Assembly: GCA_965227775.1 (NCBI GenBank)
Contig: OZ245777.1
Location: forward strand, 1,632,001 to 1,696,000
Direction: 5' to 3'
Origin: Phycisphaerales bacterium
Lineage (GTDB): Bacteria; Planctomycetota; Phycisphaerae; Phycisphaerales; UBA1924
Length of the DNA: 64,000 bases
Under the pieces are notes generated by a model. The model ran no database searches and was not told the origin of the DNA. It saw nothing but the letters and a program-made list of their open reading frames with translations. Positions 29,811 to 39,853 of the stretch are shown in pieces. A program made the translations under genes and the position numbers. How positions within the stretch are numbered: the stretch's first letter is position 1; every line of letters begins with the position of its first letter.

Positions 29811-30479
29811 ATGCCGAATCGTCTCCCGGGCCACGGGCGCATCTCCATCGACGACCTGCGCGACGAGCGGCTGGTCGTCGGGCTGATCGTCGCGATGCTG
29901 GTGACCGCCGGCGTAGTCGTGCAGACGAAACTCATGAATGGCCCCTTCGGTGGGCAGACAGTGCTCCATTTGCTGCAGGGGCCGATCGTCGCCGTGTACG
30001 GATCCGTGCTCGCGTTCTGCGTCGACCCTCGACGCGGGTTCTTGCCAGCGATCCTGTTCGTCGTGCTTGGCGTCTCACAGCCAGCATGGGCTCTGGCCGT
30101 CGCCATCATGGGCGGCACGCTCTTTGGTGGGTCGAACGCCATGACTACGGCATGGCTCTACGGGGGCACGGGCCTGGTGCTCGGCATTCCCGTTTGTTGG
30201 GTCGTGTGGCGGTGGTGGTCGGTCGTGTCGATGGCCGCGACGGCGCTCATCAGCGCATGTTTGGGGGCGTTGGCGCCTATGACCCTCCTCGGCGTGCCCT
30301 CCGAAGGCCTTGCGATCGCGATGCTGCACCTGGGCCTGTGCTACACGCTGACGGCGGCGACCATCGAGCGCACGTGGCGCATCGTGCCAGACCACGGATC
30401 GAGTTGTCCCGCGTGTGGTTACCCGCGAGAGGGTCTTCGGGCCAACATCTGTCCCGAGTGCGGCGGGCGGCTGCCCTAG
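29811..30479 (+). CDS. Hypothetical membrane protein with C-terminal zinc ribbon
   Basis: Multiple TM segments; CPACGY...CPECG at C-terminus. Confidence 0.7.
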   Translation: MPNRLPGHGRISIDDLRDERLVVGLIVAMLVTAGVVVQTKLMNGPFGGQTVLHLLQGPIVAVYGSVLAFCVDPRRGFLPAILFVVLGVSQPAWALAVAIMGGTLFGGSNAMTTAWLYGGTGLVLGIPVCWVVWRWWSVVSMAATALISACLGALAPMTLLGVPSEGLAIAMLHLGLCYTLTAATIERTWRIVPDHGSSCPACGYPREGLRANICPECGGRLP

Positions 30480-31823
30480 CTACCGACCCAGCACGACCGC
30501 CGCGCACTGCCCACCCAGCGCGTGCGTGCACACCAGCACGCGTTCGAGCTTTGTATCGCGCGATGGCGCCGGTTGCGCGCGTAAGCCATCCTGCGGCGTT
30601 CCGGCATGCACGCGGGCCGGCAGACGCTGGTGGCGCAGCGCGAGCGCCGCCGCCGCGACGAGCATCGAGCCGCCGGCGGCCATGGTCTCGCCGAGTTGCG
30701 GGCTGAGCCAGCAAAGCTCCACCTCCGCCAGTTGCTTACGAAACACGTGCGCCAGCGCTTTGGACTCGGCTTCGTCGAGTGCGACCTCTCCCGCGGCGTG
30801 GCAGAAGACGGCGTCGATCTGGTCCGCAGACGTGCCCGCGTCGTTGATGGCAAGCTCCATCGCCCGGGCCAGCGACTCGACAAGGCCACTTGCAGATCCG
30901 CCAGCCGATGCACCCAGTCCCGCCATCACCGGTGCGCCGGCGCTGATGTCAGGCACCGCTTGCGCCGCACCGAATCCGAGCAACCTCGCGATGGTCTCTT
31001 GTTCCCGCGATTGACCCGCCTCGGCCCGCTCCAGGAAGCACACGGCTGCGCCCTCTCCGGGGACGCTGCCGCGAGCGTCAGAGTCGAACGGCCGAACGAT
31101 GCCCGTTGGGTCTTCGATGCCGGCGGTATCCGCGAGCCGCCCCGCCAGACGCAAGCGTTCGATCGCGAGGTGGTTCACCCGGCTATCCCCGCTGCCCGCG
31201 ATGCTCGCGTCGGCGTCGCCGCGCTCGATGACGCGCATCGCCTCGCCGATGCTCAGGAGCCCGCTCGCCTCGCCCGCCGTGATCGTGTTGCTCGGCCCCT
31301 TGGCCTGATGCAGGATGCTCACGTGGCACGCCAGCATGTTGGGCAGGTACTTGAGCATCCACAACGGCGTCAGTTGGCCCATGCCGGTCTCGCCCCACTT
31401 GCCCATGTCCCACTCGCTCGCGTCATCAGCCGCGGTGTGCATGGCGCGTGCCAGCTCGGCGATCTCCGGGGCGATGAGCGCCGCGCCTACGTGCGTGCCT
31501 AGGCGGTGGGGCGGGTAAGGCCGCTCGCTGTCCTCTTCGGTCCCCAGCCTAGCAGCTATCGCCGCCTCGTTGGCCGCCACCACGGCAAGCTGGATGTCCC
31601 GCGCCATCACCCGCGCGAACTTGCGGTAGTGCTTGGGCAGGTGGTCCTTCATCGAGAGCGCCGGCGCCTCCGCCGCGAACTGGCACGAGAACCCGCTCGC
31701 GTTGAGCACGGTCGGCCGTCCGATGGCGACCCGCCCCTCGCACAGCCCTTCCCAGAACGCCTCGGCCCCCAGCCCCAGCGCGCTGACGACTCCCAGACCC
31801 GTGATGGCGATCGGTTCAGCCAA
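30480..31823 (-). CDS. Beta-ketoacyl synthase-like protein lacking catalytic Cys (chain-length-factor-like)
   Basis: IAITGLGVVSALG, LPNMLACHVSI, GPSNTITAGEASG, RPFD, PGEGAA; TTG start inferred from TACACT 8 nt upstream. Confidence 0.82.
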   Translation of the reverse strand: MAEPIAITGLGVVSALGLGAEAFWEGLCEGRVAIGRPTVLNASGFSCQFAAEAPALSMKDHLPKHYRKFARVMARDIQLAVVAANEAAIAARLGTEEDSERPYPPHRLGTHVGAALIAPEIAELARAMHTAADDASEWDMGKWGETGMGQLTPLWMLKYLPNMLACHVSILHQAKGPSNTITAGEASGLLSIGEAMRVIERGDADASIAGSGDSRVNHLAIERLRLAGRLADTAGIEDPTGIVRPFDSDARGSVPGEGAAVCFLERAEAGQSREQETIARLLGFGAAQAVPDISAGAPVMAGLGASAGGSASGLVESLARAMELAINDAGTSADQIDAVFCHAAGEVALDEAESKALAHVFRKQLAEVELCWLSPQLGETMAAGGSMLVAAAALALRHQRLPARVHAGTPQDGLRAQPAPSRDTKLERVLVCTHALGGQCAAVVLGR

Positions 31824-31918
31824 TGTCCGGCAGTGTATTGCCCCCGCCCGCGACTTTGGCCCGGTTGCAACCGACACCGATTGGGCTCGATCGACGCCCG
31901 CTGCCGATACCTACCCCC

Positions 31919-32386
31919 GTGCCCCGTTCGCCGATATCTCGCTTCGACACCGGCTGGCCGCTGGTGGTCGCCGGCCTGGCCCTCGTGGCCGCCGTGGTGC
32001 TCATCCCCGCGTGGGACGAGCTCGAGCAGACCCGCTTCGAGCGCGACAAGCTGCTGGCTATGGACGCCCAGGGCCGCGAACGCATCCGCCGCCAGCTCCG
32101 CTACCTGGCCGCCCTGGAGCGCGGCGACGAGGCCCTCGTGCGCTCGCTGGCCCTCGACCAGATGCGGCTCATCCCCGAAGGCCGCACCGCCGTGCTTGAG
32201 CCCCCGCCCCCCGGCCCGGTCGACATCTTCAAGCCCCTTGAGCCGGCCCCGGTCACGATCCAGGCCGTCCGCCCGACCGACTCCGTTCTCGCCCGCCTGG
32301 CGCGCAGCGACCGCCTTCGCCCATGGCTGATCGGGCTGGGGACGTTGATGGTGCTGGTGGGAGTGCTGCCGCAGGGGCGGCGGTAG
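31919..32386 (+). CDS. Hypothetical membrane protein, TM-coiled coil-TM
   Basis: High-GC3 coding pattern; TM, coiled coil, second TM; start uncertain (31823 or 31919). Confidence 0.7.
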   Translation: MPRSPISRFDTGWPLVVAGLALVAAVVLIPAWDELEQTRFERDKLLAMDAQGRERIRRQLRYLAALERGDEALVRSLALDQMRLIPEGRTAVLEPPPPGPVDIFKPLEPAPVTIQAVRPTDSVLARLARSDRLRPWLIGLGTLMVLVGVLPQGRR

Positions 32387-32398
32387 GGGTGGACGCGC

Positions 32399-33226
32399 TC
32401 ACGCCAAGTGCCCGAACCAATAGCTGATCGCCGCTTGGTTCACGCCGTCCTCGCGACGCCACCAGCAGGCCGGGTAGTGCATGTCGACGAATCGTCGCTC
32501 GGGCAACGTGCGATGGCGGTACTCGACGAAGCCCTCGTGGTACCCAGGGTGCCCGGCTGTCCGAAGCACACCAGCCATGCCAAGGATCCCCACAAGCACG
32601 TCGCGCTCGGCCTTGTTCGCCTTGATCGACTTGGGTAAGAACTTGTGCAGTGAGGCCGCGGACGTGCCCTGTGGCGCGGCTTCGATCGCGTCGAGCAGCG
32701 ATGCCAAGAGCGCCCTGGCCGCGGGCGTCGGCTCAACGGGCGGAAGCAGTAGGAATTGTTCGAGATCGAAGGCCGCGTACTCGAGTTGCTCGTGGCGCAC
32801 GCCACCCCACTTGAAGCGTTCGAAGTTGAAGACGCTTCGGTCGATCTTGGATGATCCACCGTACATGCCGCAGACCGTGCACCGCTTGCGAGGCTCGTCG
32901 AGCGTGTGCTTCGGGAGTTGATGCGTGAGCGCGTAGCTGCCAAGGGTGGAGCGGCGCGGCAGATCCCGTGACTCCAGGCTTGCGACGAAGGCGTTGGCCA
33001 CGGCTTCTCTCGTGATTGCTCTACACAATTGCAGCGCTTTGGTCACGACTTCGTCGTGACTCGTTTCCAGCACGTCAAACATGAGCCCGGCAGCCTTGCC
33101 GTGCTCGACGGCCTCGCGTGAGTTCGGGTTCTTGCCCTCGCGCCAGCCCGTGGGGCTCCAATAGCTGCTCATGAGCGTCTTGAAGGCGCGGGCGTCGGCC
33201 ATTTGTTGCGTCGTTGGGTCGGGCAT
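32399..33226 (-). CDS. Hypothetical protein (CxxC-containing)
   Basis: 275-aa ORF with GGAG SD, CTVC and NFERFKWGG segments. Confidence 0.75.
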   Translation of the reverse strand: MPDPTTQQMADARAFKTLMSSYWSPTGWREGKNPNSREAVEHGKAAGLMFDVLETSHDEVVTKALQLCRAITREAVANAFVASLESRDLPRRSTLGSYALTHQLPKHTLDEPRKRCTVCGMYGGSSKIDRSVFNFERFKWGGVRHEQLEYAAFDLEQFLLLPPVEPTPAARALLASLLDAIEAAPQGTSAASLHKFLPKSIKANKAERDVLVGILGMAGVLRTAGHPGYHEGFVEYRHRTLPERRFVDMHYPACWWRREDGVNQAAISYWFGHLA

Positions 33227-33278
33227 GGCGGCTCCGCTTCAAGGGCTCGGCTGCGAGAGGGCATCCATAGGATCACGC

Positions 33279-33749
33279 GTGCTCGCACGAGAACGTAGCC
33301 TCACCTTCCGCCCCCGACACCGCCTCACCCACGCGCGCGAGTTCCAGGCGGTCTATGCCGCTCGGTGCCGCAAGAGTGCGGGGCCGCTGACGGTGTTTGC
33401 CATGCCCAACGCGCTGCCCGAGCCGCGGCTGGGGCTCTCGGTTAGTCGGCGCGTCGGCAAGGGCCACGTCCGCGTGGCCGCCAAGCGGGCGGTGCGCGAG
33501 GCATTCCGCCACGCGCAGCACGAACTGCCAGCGTGGGAAACGGGCCGTGATGGAAGCCCGCGATCCGGCCGCTACGACTACGTCGTGCAAGTCCGGCCGC
33601 ACGATCCGATTCCCGCCGCCCAGTACCAGCGATTGCTGCTCGAACTTGCCGAAGCGTGCCACGGGGTCTGGGCCAAGCGAATCGCACGGGGTGAACTGCC
33701 CAGCCAATCCACCGCCCAACAATCAGGCGATGCACGCGCCGGATCATGA
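33279..33749 (+). CDS. rnpA: Ribonuclease P protein component
   Basis: RL...[19 protein letters not shown]...KR.VREAFR, YDYVV; adjacent to yidD. Confidence 0.88.
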   Translation: MLARERSLTFRPRHRLTHAREFQAVYAARCRKSAGPLTVFAMPNALPEPRLGLSVSRRVGKGHVRVAAKRAVREAFRHAQHELPAWETGRDGSPRSGRYDYVVQVRPHDPIPAAQYQRLLLELAEACHGVWAKRIARGELPSQSTAQQSGDARAGS

Positions 33750-34047
33750 CGGCCCCCGCCCGTGGTTGGCCTCGCCCCTGCGGCGGCTGGCCATCGCGCC
33801 ATTCACGCTGCCCATCCAGGCGTACCGCGTCACGCTGAGCCCTTTCATCGGTGGGCAGTGCCGCTTCGAGCCCACATGCAGCCGCTATGCGCTCGAGGCC
33901 TACCACACCCACGGCCCGTTCAAGGGCACGCGACTCACGCTTTGGCGGCTGGCCCGGTGCCACCCCTTCATCAGGGGCGGCTACGACCCGGTGCCGCCCG
34001 CGAGCGCACGCGGGGAGCGGCGCGCGGGCGGTCCTAGTCAGGGCTAA
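33730..34047 (+). CDS. yidD: Membrane protein insertion efficiency factor
   Basis: YR..LSP....[12 protein letters not shown]...HG..KG..L..WRL.RCHP...GGYDPVP. Confidence 0.93.
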   Translation: MHAPDHDGPRPWLASPLRRLAIAPFTLPIQAYRVTLSPFIGGQCRFEPTCSRYALEAYHTHGPFKGTRLTLWRLARCHPFIRGGYDPVPPASARGERRAGGPSQG

Positions 34048-34065
34048 CATTCCTACCGCCGGTGC

Positions 34066-34722
34066 GTGCCCACGCCGGCTCCGCCGCCAGGATGGAGGCC
34101 GCCCTTGCCTAGGTTGCCAGCGGCCGCCCGCCGCGCCCAATTGCTCGAGACCGCCGCCGAGCTCTTCGCCGAGCACGGCTACGCGCGGGCCACGACGAGC
34201 CAGCTAGCCAAAGCCGCGGGCGTCACCGAGCCCATCATCTACCGCCACTTCGGCTCGAAGCGCGACCTGTTTATCGCCCTGGTCCGCCGCACGAGCGAGG
34301 AGACCATCGCCTTCTGGGAAGAGCAGCTGCTGGCCGCCCGGTCGCCCGCCGAGCGGCTCTCGACGCTGGTGGACGGCAACCCGATGGTGCACCCGCGGTT
34401 CTCCGACGCGTACCGCGTGATCCTCCAGGCGATCACCGAGGTGGGCGACGAGGGCATCGCCGACGCCCTGCGTGAGCACATGGACACCGTCCACGCCTTC
34501 CTGACCAAGGAGATCGAGAGCGGGCAGGCGGCCCACAAGGTCACCGCTCGGTACAGCCCGGAGTTGATCGCCTGGCTGCTCATCGATGTCGGCCTGGGCT
34601 TCGGCGTGCTGACCGCCTGGGGCGTCGAGAGCCACGGGAAGGACGCCAAGGGCAAGCACGTCAGCGACGCCATCAAGCGCATGCTGCTGGGCAAGTCCAA
34701 GACCCCCGCTTCCGACCGATAG
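34066..34722 (+). CDS. TetR/AcrR family transcriptional regulator
   Basis: RRAQLLETAAELFAEHGY..ATT..LA.AAGV.EP.IYRHF.SKRDL. Confidence 0.9.
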   Translation: MPTPAPPPGWRPPLPRLPAAARRAQLLETAAELFAEHGYARATTSQLAKAAGVTEPIIYRHFGSKRDLFIALVRRTSEETIAFWEEQLLAARSPAERLSTLVDGNPMVHPRFSDAYRVILQAITEVGDEGIADALREHMDTVHAFLTKEIESGQAAHKVTARYSPELIAWLLIDVGLGFGVLTAWGVESHGKDAKGKHVSDAIKRMLLGKSKTPASDR

Positions 34723-34740
34723 AGCCTCTACGCTCTGGGC

Positions 34741-37437
34741 GTGCCGGACCTCAAGATCGCCAGCTCTGTGCCGCAAGGCCGCAAGCTGACGCCCGCGATG
34801 CGTCAGTTCCACGAGTTCAAGGACCGCTTTCCGGGCTGCGTCCTGCTGTTTCGCATGGGCGACTTCTATGAGCTCTTCTATGAGGACGCCGTCGAGGTCT
34901 CCAAGGCCATCGGCCTGACCCTCACCGAGCGCAGCCCCGGGCAGCCGATGGCGGGCGTGCCCCACCACCAGCTCGACAACTACCTGCGCAAGCTCATCGA
35001 CAAGGGCTTTCGCGTCGCCATCGCCGACCAAGTGCAAGACCCCAAGGAAGCCAAGGGCGTCGTCGAACGCGCCGTCACGCGCGTGCTTACGCCAGGGACG
35101 CTGGTCGACGACGACTTGCTCGAGAGTCGACCGTCGGGTGGCACATTGGCGGCCGCGTATCTCCACGGCGAGGGCGTCTCGATCGCCGCGCTCGATGTCT
35201 CGACCGGCGCCTTCACGCTCGACTCCGCGCCGCTCGACGGGCTGGTCGATTGCCTTTCACGCTTCGCCGTCGCCGAGCTGCTCATCTCCGATGACTGCCC
35301 TGCGGGCCTGCGCAGCCGCATCGAGATCGAGACGGGCCGCGCTGGCTGCGCCATCACCGAGCGCGCCGCGTGGCACTTCAGGAAGTCCGAGGCGATGGAG
35401 GCTGTGCTCAAGCACTTCGCCGTCAAGAGCGTCGAGGGCTTTGGTCTCGAGAACGACGACCCGGCGCTCATCGCCGCCGGCGCCGTGCTGCGGTACGCGG
35501 CCGAAACACAAACGCCCAGGGGCGCGCCCGACCGCAACGGCCTCGCCCCGTCGCTCTCGTACATCCGCCCACCCAAGCGCGCTGCGCCGGGGGATCGGCT
35601 CGTTCTGGACGCCACCAGTCTGCGTGCACTCGAGATCGAGCGCACCATCCGCCGCGGCGGCGTCGAGGGCTCGCTGGTGGGCGAGGTTCTCAATGGCGGC
35701 CAGTGCATGACCGCGCTTGGCCGGCGTCAGGTCGCCCAATGGCTGCGCGAGCCCGCGGCGAAGCTCGAAGAGATCGCCCAGCGCCACGCCGCCGTCGCGG
35801 CCCTGGTCGAAGACCCGAAGCAAGCCGGCGAGCTGTCCGAGACCCTCGAGCCCATCCAGGACATCGCGCGCATCGCGGCGAGGCTGGCGCTGGGTCGGGC
35901 TGCGCCGCGTGACCTCGTCGGGCTCGGCCGGTCCCTCGCCGCGATCCCGGCGCTCGTCGAAGCCTGCAAGAACACCCCGGCCCTCGCCAACCGCGCAGGC
36001 GCGTTGCACGAACTGCTCGACTTTCTCGCGCCGCTTTCCGAGGACATCACCGCGACCTGCAGCGATCGCCCGCCCGCGCGTCTCACCGACGGCGGGCTCA
36101 TCAACGACGGCATCGATCCGGAGCTCGACGAAGCACGCAGCCTGCAACACGACGCCGGCCAGTGGCTTGCAAACTTCCAGCAGCGGCTGGCCGATGATCT
36201 GAACATCCCCGCCATCCGCGTGGGCTTCAACAAGGTCTTTGGCTACTACATCGAGCTCTCCGCCGCCCAGGCTAAGGAGCACGGCGATGCGCTCATCTCC
36301 GCCGGCCTCAGCCGCAAGCAGACGCTCAAGAACGCCGAGCGCTACGTGAACGACGAGCTGCGCCACTTCGAGCACCGCGTGCAGACCGCCGAGGCGAGAG
36401 CGCTCGAGCGTGAGAAGGCCATCTTCGACCAGTTGTGCCTCAAGGCCCGCGACCAGCTCGACGCCATCGCCAGCGCGGCCGAGGCCATCGGCGCTCTCGA
36501 CTCACTCTCCTGCTTCGCCGCGATTGCGCGAAGACGCAGCTGGGTCCGCCCTGAGATGGTCGAAGAGGCCAACCTCGAACTCGACGCCGCCCGCCATCCC
36601 GTGCTGGAGCGAACGCTTGCGGACAGACTGGTTCCCAACGACGTCGCCCTCAACGAGTATGCGCGGCTGGCGATCATCACCGGCCCCAATATGGCCGGCA
36701 AGAGCACCTACATCCGCACGGCCGCGCTGCTGGTCGTGCTCGCGCACGCCGGCTCGTTCGTTCCGGCCGAGTCCGCACGCATCGGCCTGACCGATCGCGT
36801 CTTTACTCGCGTGGGCGCCGACGACGCGCTGCACGATGGGCAAAGCACGTTCATGGTGGAGATGGCCGAGACCGCCGCCATCCTCAACAACGCCACCGAG
36901 CGTTCGATGGTCGTGCTCGACGAGATCGGCCGCGGCACGAGCACGCTCGATGGCCTCAGCCTCGCCCGAGCGATCGCCGAGCGGCTGGCGGGCGACGCCA
37001 AGCGCCCCGGCCCGCGCACGCTCTTTGCCACGCACTACCACGAGCTCACGACGCTCGAAGAAGAGCGCGCCGGCCAGGTCCGCAACCTCGCGGTGCGCGT
37101 GCGCGAGGTCGGCGACGAGGTCGTGTTCCTGCACCACGTCGAGCCCGGCCGGGCCGATCGCAGCTACGGCGTCCAGGTCGCGCGGCTCGCGGGCATCCCG
37201 CCCGAGGTCGTCAAACGCGCCGCCGATGTGTTGGCATCACTCTCAGTTCGCGAAGACGGTGCCCCTGCGCCAACCAAGCGCATGAGCGAACCCCAACCTC
37301 CACAACTGCCCTTGTTCGCCAAGAACGAACCCCATCCGGCCGTCGATCGCCTGAGTGAGGTCAAGATCGAGCAGCTCACGCCGCTGGACGCCTTCGACCT
37401 GCTCCGCGAGCTCCGTGGCATGGTCGACAAGGAGTGA
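34741..37437 (+). CDS. mutS: DNA mismatch repair protein MutS
   Basis: TPAMRQF, FRMGDFYELF, ITGPNMAGKSTY, STFMVEM, DEIGRGTST, FATHYHEL, SYGVQVA.LAG. Confidence 0.97.
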   Translation: MPDLKIASSVPQGRKLTPAMRQFHEFKDRFPGCVLLFRMGDFYELFYEDAVEVSKAIGLTLTERSPGQPMAGVPHHQLDNYLRKLIDKGFRVAIADQVQDPKEAKGVVERAVTRVLTPGTLVDDDLLESRPSGGTLAAAYLHGEGVSIAALDVSTGAFTLDSAPLDGLVDCLSRFAVAELLISDDCPAGLRSRIEIETGRAGCAITERAAWHFRKSEAMEAVLKHFAVKSVEGFGLENDDPALIAAGAVLRYAAETQTPRGAPDRNGLAPSLSYIRPPKRAAPGDRLVLDATSLRALEIERTIRRGGVEGSLVGEVLNGGQCMTALGRRQVAQWLREPAAKLEEIAQRHAAVAALVEDPKQAGELSETLEPIQDIARIAARLALGRAAPRDLVGLGRSLAAIPALVEACKNTPALANRAGALHELLDFLAPLSEDITATCSDRPPARLTDGGLINDGIDPELDEARSLQHDAGQWLANFQQRLADDLNIPAIRVGFNKVFGYYIELSAAQAKEHGDALISAGLSRKQTLKNAERYVNDELRHFEHRVQTAEARALEREKAIFDQLCLKARDQLDAIASAAEAIGALDSLSCFAAIARRRSWVRPEMVEEANLELDAARHPVLERTLADRLVPNDVALNEYARLAIITGPNMAGKSTYIRTAALLVVLAHAGSFVPAESARIGLTDRVFTRVGADDALHDGQSTFMVEMAETAAILNNATERSMVVLDEIGRGTSTLDGLSLARAIAERLAGDAKRPGPRTLFATHYHELTTLEEERAGQVRNLAVRVREVGDEVVFLHHVEPGRADRSYGVQVARLAGIPPEVVKRAADVLASLSVREDGAPAPTKRMSEPQPPQLPLFAKNEPHPAVDRLSEVKIEQLTPLDAFDLLRELRGMVDKE

Positions 37438-38093
37438 CGACGAGGGCCGTCATCTTTGATGTCGACGGCGTCCTCGTGCAAACGGACACCCTGCACGAAC
37501 AGTCCTGGCGAGCGCTGGCCGAGCAAGAGCGCCTGCCCTTCCCAGATGATCTGTCCGACAGGCTGCGTGGTGTCAGCCGAGAGCGGTCGCTCGAGTTGGT
37601 CCTCGGCGATGCCTTCGACCGCTATACACCCGAGCAGCGCGCGACGCTCATGGATCGCAAGAACAGTGCGTTTCTCCAAGCTGTCAATGCCATGACCCCT
37701 GGCGACGCACTCCCCGGCGTTCGCGAGTTGCTCGGAGAGCTCAGGAACACCGGCCTCAAGCTCGCCGCCGCCTCGGCCAGCCGCAACGCCAGGGCGGTGC
37801 TCGATCGCATTGAGCTCACAAGCGCGCTCGACGCCATCATCGACGGCCTTGACGCGCCCAAGGCCAAGCCCGATCCGCAGTGCTTCCTGCTCGCGGCTGA
37901 AAAGCTGGGGGTTGCTCCAGCAAAATGCTGTGTTGTAGAAGACGCCCCTGCCGGCGTGGAGGCGGCGATCAATGCGGGAATGAGAGTGGTGGGGGTGGGG
38001 CCGGTTCAGGACGATCGTCGCGTGGTGCTCGGGGCGTTAACGCTCGCGGATTTCACAGCAGACGACCTGGCTGGCACAAGCGTGGGTCGCTGA
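37434..38093 (+). CDS. pgmB: Beta-phosphoglucomutase (HAD family)
   Basis: IFDVDGVL..T..LH..SW, LRGVSR..SL, ASASRNA, KPDP..FL, VEDA.AG. Confidence 0.85.
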   Translation: MTTRAVIFDVDGVLVQTDTLHEQSWRALAEQERLPFPDDLSDRLRGVSRERSLELVLGDAFDRYTPEQRATLMDRKNSAFLQAVNAMTPGDALPGVRELLGELRNTGLKLAAASASRNARAVLDRIELTSALDAIIDGLDAPKAKPDPQCFLLAAEKLGVAPAKCCVVEDAPAGVEAAINAGMRVVGVGPVQDDRRVVLGALTLADFTADDLAGTSVGR

Positions 38094-38173
38094 TCTGGCG
38101 CAAGATCATCGTCATCGCGATGATCGCCCAGGGACACCGTTTGAATCGAGGGTTGCCCGGCGAGAGCGAACCA

Positions 38174-38476
38174 CTATGCGTTCCGAGAAATCACGTCCTC
38201 GCGGAGCGCTTGGAGTCCGTCCGATGACCGCTTGCCCCACTCACCCTGGCGGTAGTAGTCGCCAAACGTCTTGTCAGTTTCGGGTGCCAGGATCTCGGTC
38301 TTGAGCGAGTCTGCCGATCTCCCTCGGTGGAGGTCGACGATCCAGGAGGCCGCAGACACGACGTCCTGGGTGTAAGCGACGCGGTCTTGTGTGTATTTGG
38401 TCTCGCGAAGACAGTCTTGGAGAATACCCAAGAACTCGACCACACGATCGCGCAGCCAGATTGTCTCTGCGTCCAT
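38174..38476 (-). CDS. Small hypothetical protein
   Basis: GGGAGG SD before ATG; 100-aa ORF. Confidence 0.55.
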   Translation of the reverse strand: MDAETIWLRDRVVEFLGILQDCLRETKYTQDRVAYTQDVVSAASWIVDLHRGRSADSLKTEILAPETDKTFGDYYRQGEWGKRSSDGLQALREDVISRNA

Positions 38477-38674
38477 GTCGCCCTCCCACAGTCGGCCCGG
38501 CCGCGAAGATCGCCGCCGTCCAGAAGCCCGAACGCATGCCCACCTGCCTCGCCCGATGGCTTGTCCTGAAGTACTTTCCTCACCATTGGCGCCGAAATCC
38601 AGCCGCGATGCAAAGCGGTTCCAAGACAAGACGCGCGTGACCGGAGCAAGTTAGAGGCCCGAGCAAGGCAGCCG

Positions 38675-39853
38675 CTACTTCCGCCCCTTCGCCTTGCCCA
38701 TCATCTTCGCCCGGATCGCCGCCGCGCGCTCCTCGGCGGTCTTGGGCCGGCGCGAGGGCTCCTCGGTGGGCGCTTCGTCCGCGGGCTTCTCGTCCTCGGT
38801 GGGCTCAGGCTCAACCTCGCCGGTCTCCTCCTTGAGCAGCCGCTCGCGCGCCACCTCGTAGCATGTCGCGAGCAACCCAACCAGCGGGAACTTCGCGTCC
38901 TCGAAGGGGCTCGGACCCAGGCGGCGCAACATCGGCGTGGGCACGGGCGGGGGTTCGAGTGCAAGGTCGAGCGCATCCAAGTCGGACTGGCTCTCCCAGA
39001 ATCGCTCGAGCAGCGCCTCGCCCTCGGGGATGGCCGCGTCGCTGGCGCCCTCGACCCGGGGCTGGTAGATTGGCTTGGGGTTCGCGCCGCCCGCGCTGAG
39101 CAATCGGCGATGGCTCATCCGCTCGGCTAGTTCGCCATCCGGCAATCCGCGGAGCTTGAAGGCCACCGAAGGATCGGCCGCGATCCGCTCGGCCAGCAGC
39201 AAGATGACGCAACACGCGTGCTTCGCCCAGCCCCCGCCCTCGGCCATGCCCTGCGGCGTGTCGGGACAGGTCGTCGTGATCCTCACCGCGTCGGGCGATT
39301 CGGGCAGCAGGCTCAGCCCCAGCGGGCGGAAGACCTCCTCGATGTCCTGCGGCAGGCGCCCGCCCAGCACCTCGGCGGCGATGTGCGGCTGCTCGTTGAG
39401 CTGGTCGGCGACCTGGTCCCACTGCTGCGGGGTAAACGCGTCGACGTGCAGCTGCAGTTCGTACGCGCGCGTGCGCCGGCCCTGCACCGACGCGCGCACG
39501 AGTCCGGGTTCCACCGCAATCGTGCGCGTCTGGCCGAGCCGGGCATACTCGGTGCCCTCCTCGATGGCATTTGGCCCGGCGCTCAGCTCCAGCAAACGCA
39601 TGAGCCGGCGCTCTGGCACGCTGGCGGGCTCCTCGCCCTCCTTGCGCTTCAGCCGAATCCCGCCCGAAACGCGCCGCGGCTTGGTCGGCAAGGGCCTCGG
39701 ATGCGGGCGCAGCGGCGCGTTGGGCTTGGTCAGGCTGTCGCGCAGCTCCTGCACGGCCTTCTCGGTGGTGTCGGGGGCGGGGGGCGTGGCGGACGTAGCG
39801 GGCGTGGGCGTCGCCTTGGCGTCGTCGTCCTTTGGGGGCTTCTCGGCCATCAT
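38675..39853 (-). CDS. SWIM zinc-finger-like partner of SNF2 helicase
   Basis: G.EYAR.GQ, A.VQG.R.R.Y, degenerate T.CPD...AKH SWIM motif, DP..AF.LRG; overlaps SNF2 stop. Confidence 0.8.
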   Translation of the reverse strand: MMAEKPPKDDDAKATPTPATSATPPAPDTTEKAVQELRDSLTKPNAPLRPHPRPLPTKPRRVSGGIRLKRKEGEEPASVPERRLMRLLELSAGPNAIEEGTEYARLGQTRTIAVEPGLVRASVQGRRTRAYELQLHVDAFTPQQWDQVADQLNEQPHIAAEVLGGRLPQDIEEVFRPLGLSLLPESPDAVRITTTCPDTPQGMAEGGGWAKHACCVILLLAERIAADPSVAFKLRGLPDGELAERMSHRRLLSAGGANPKPIYQPRVEGASDAAIPEGEALLERFWESQSDLDALDLALEPPPVPTPMLRRLGPSPFEDAKFPLVGLLATCYEVARERLLKEETGEVEPEPTEDEKPADEAPTEEPSRRPKTAEERAAAIRAKMMGKAKGRK

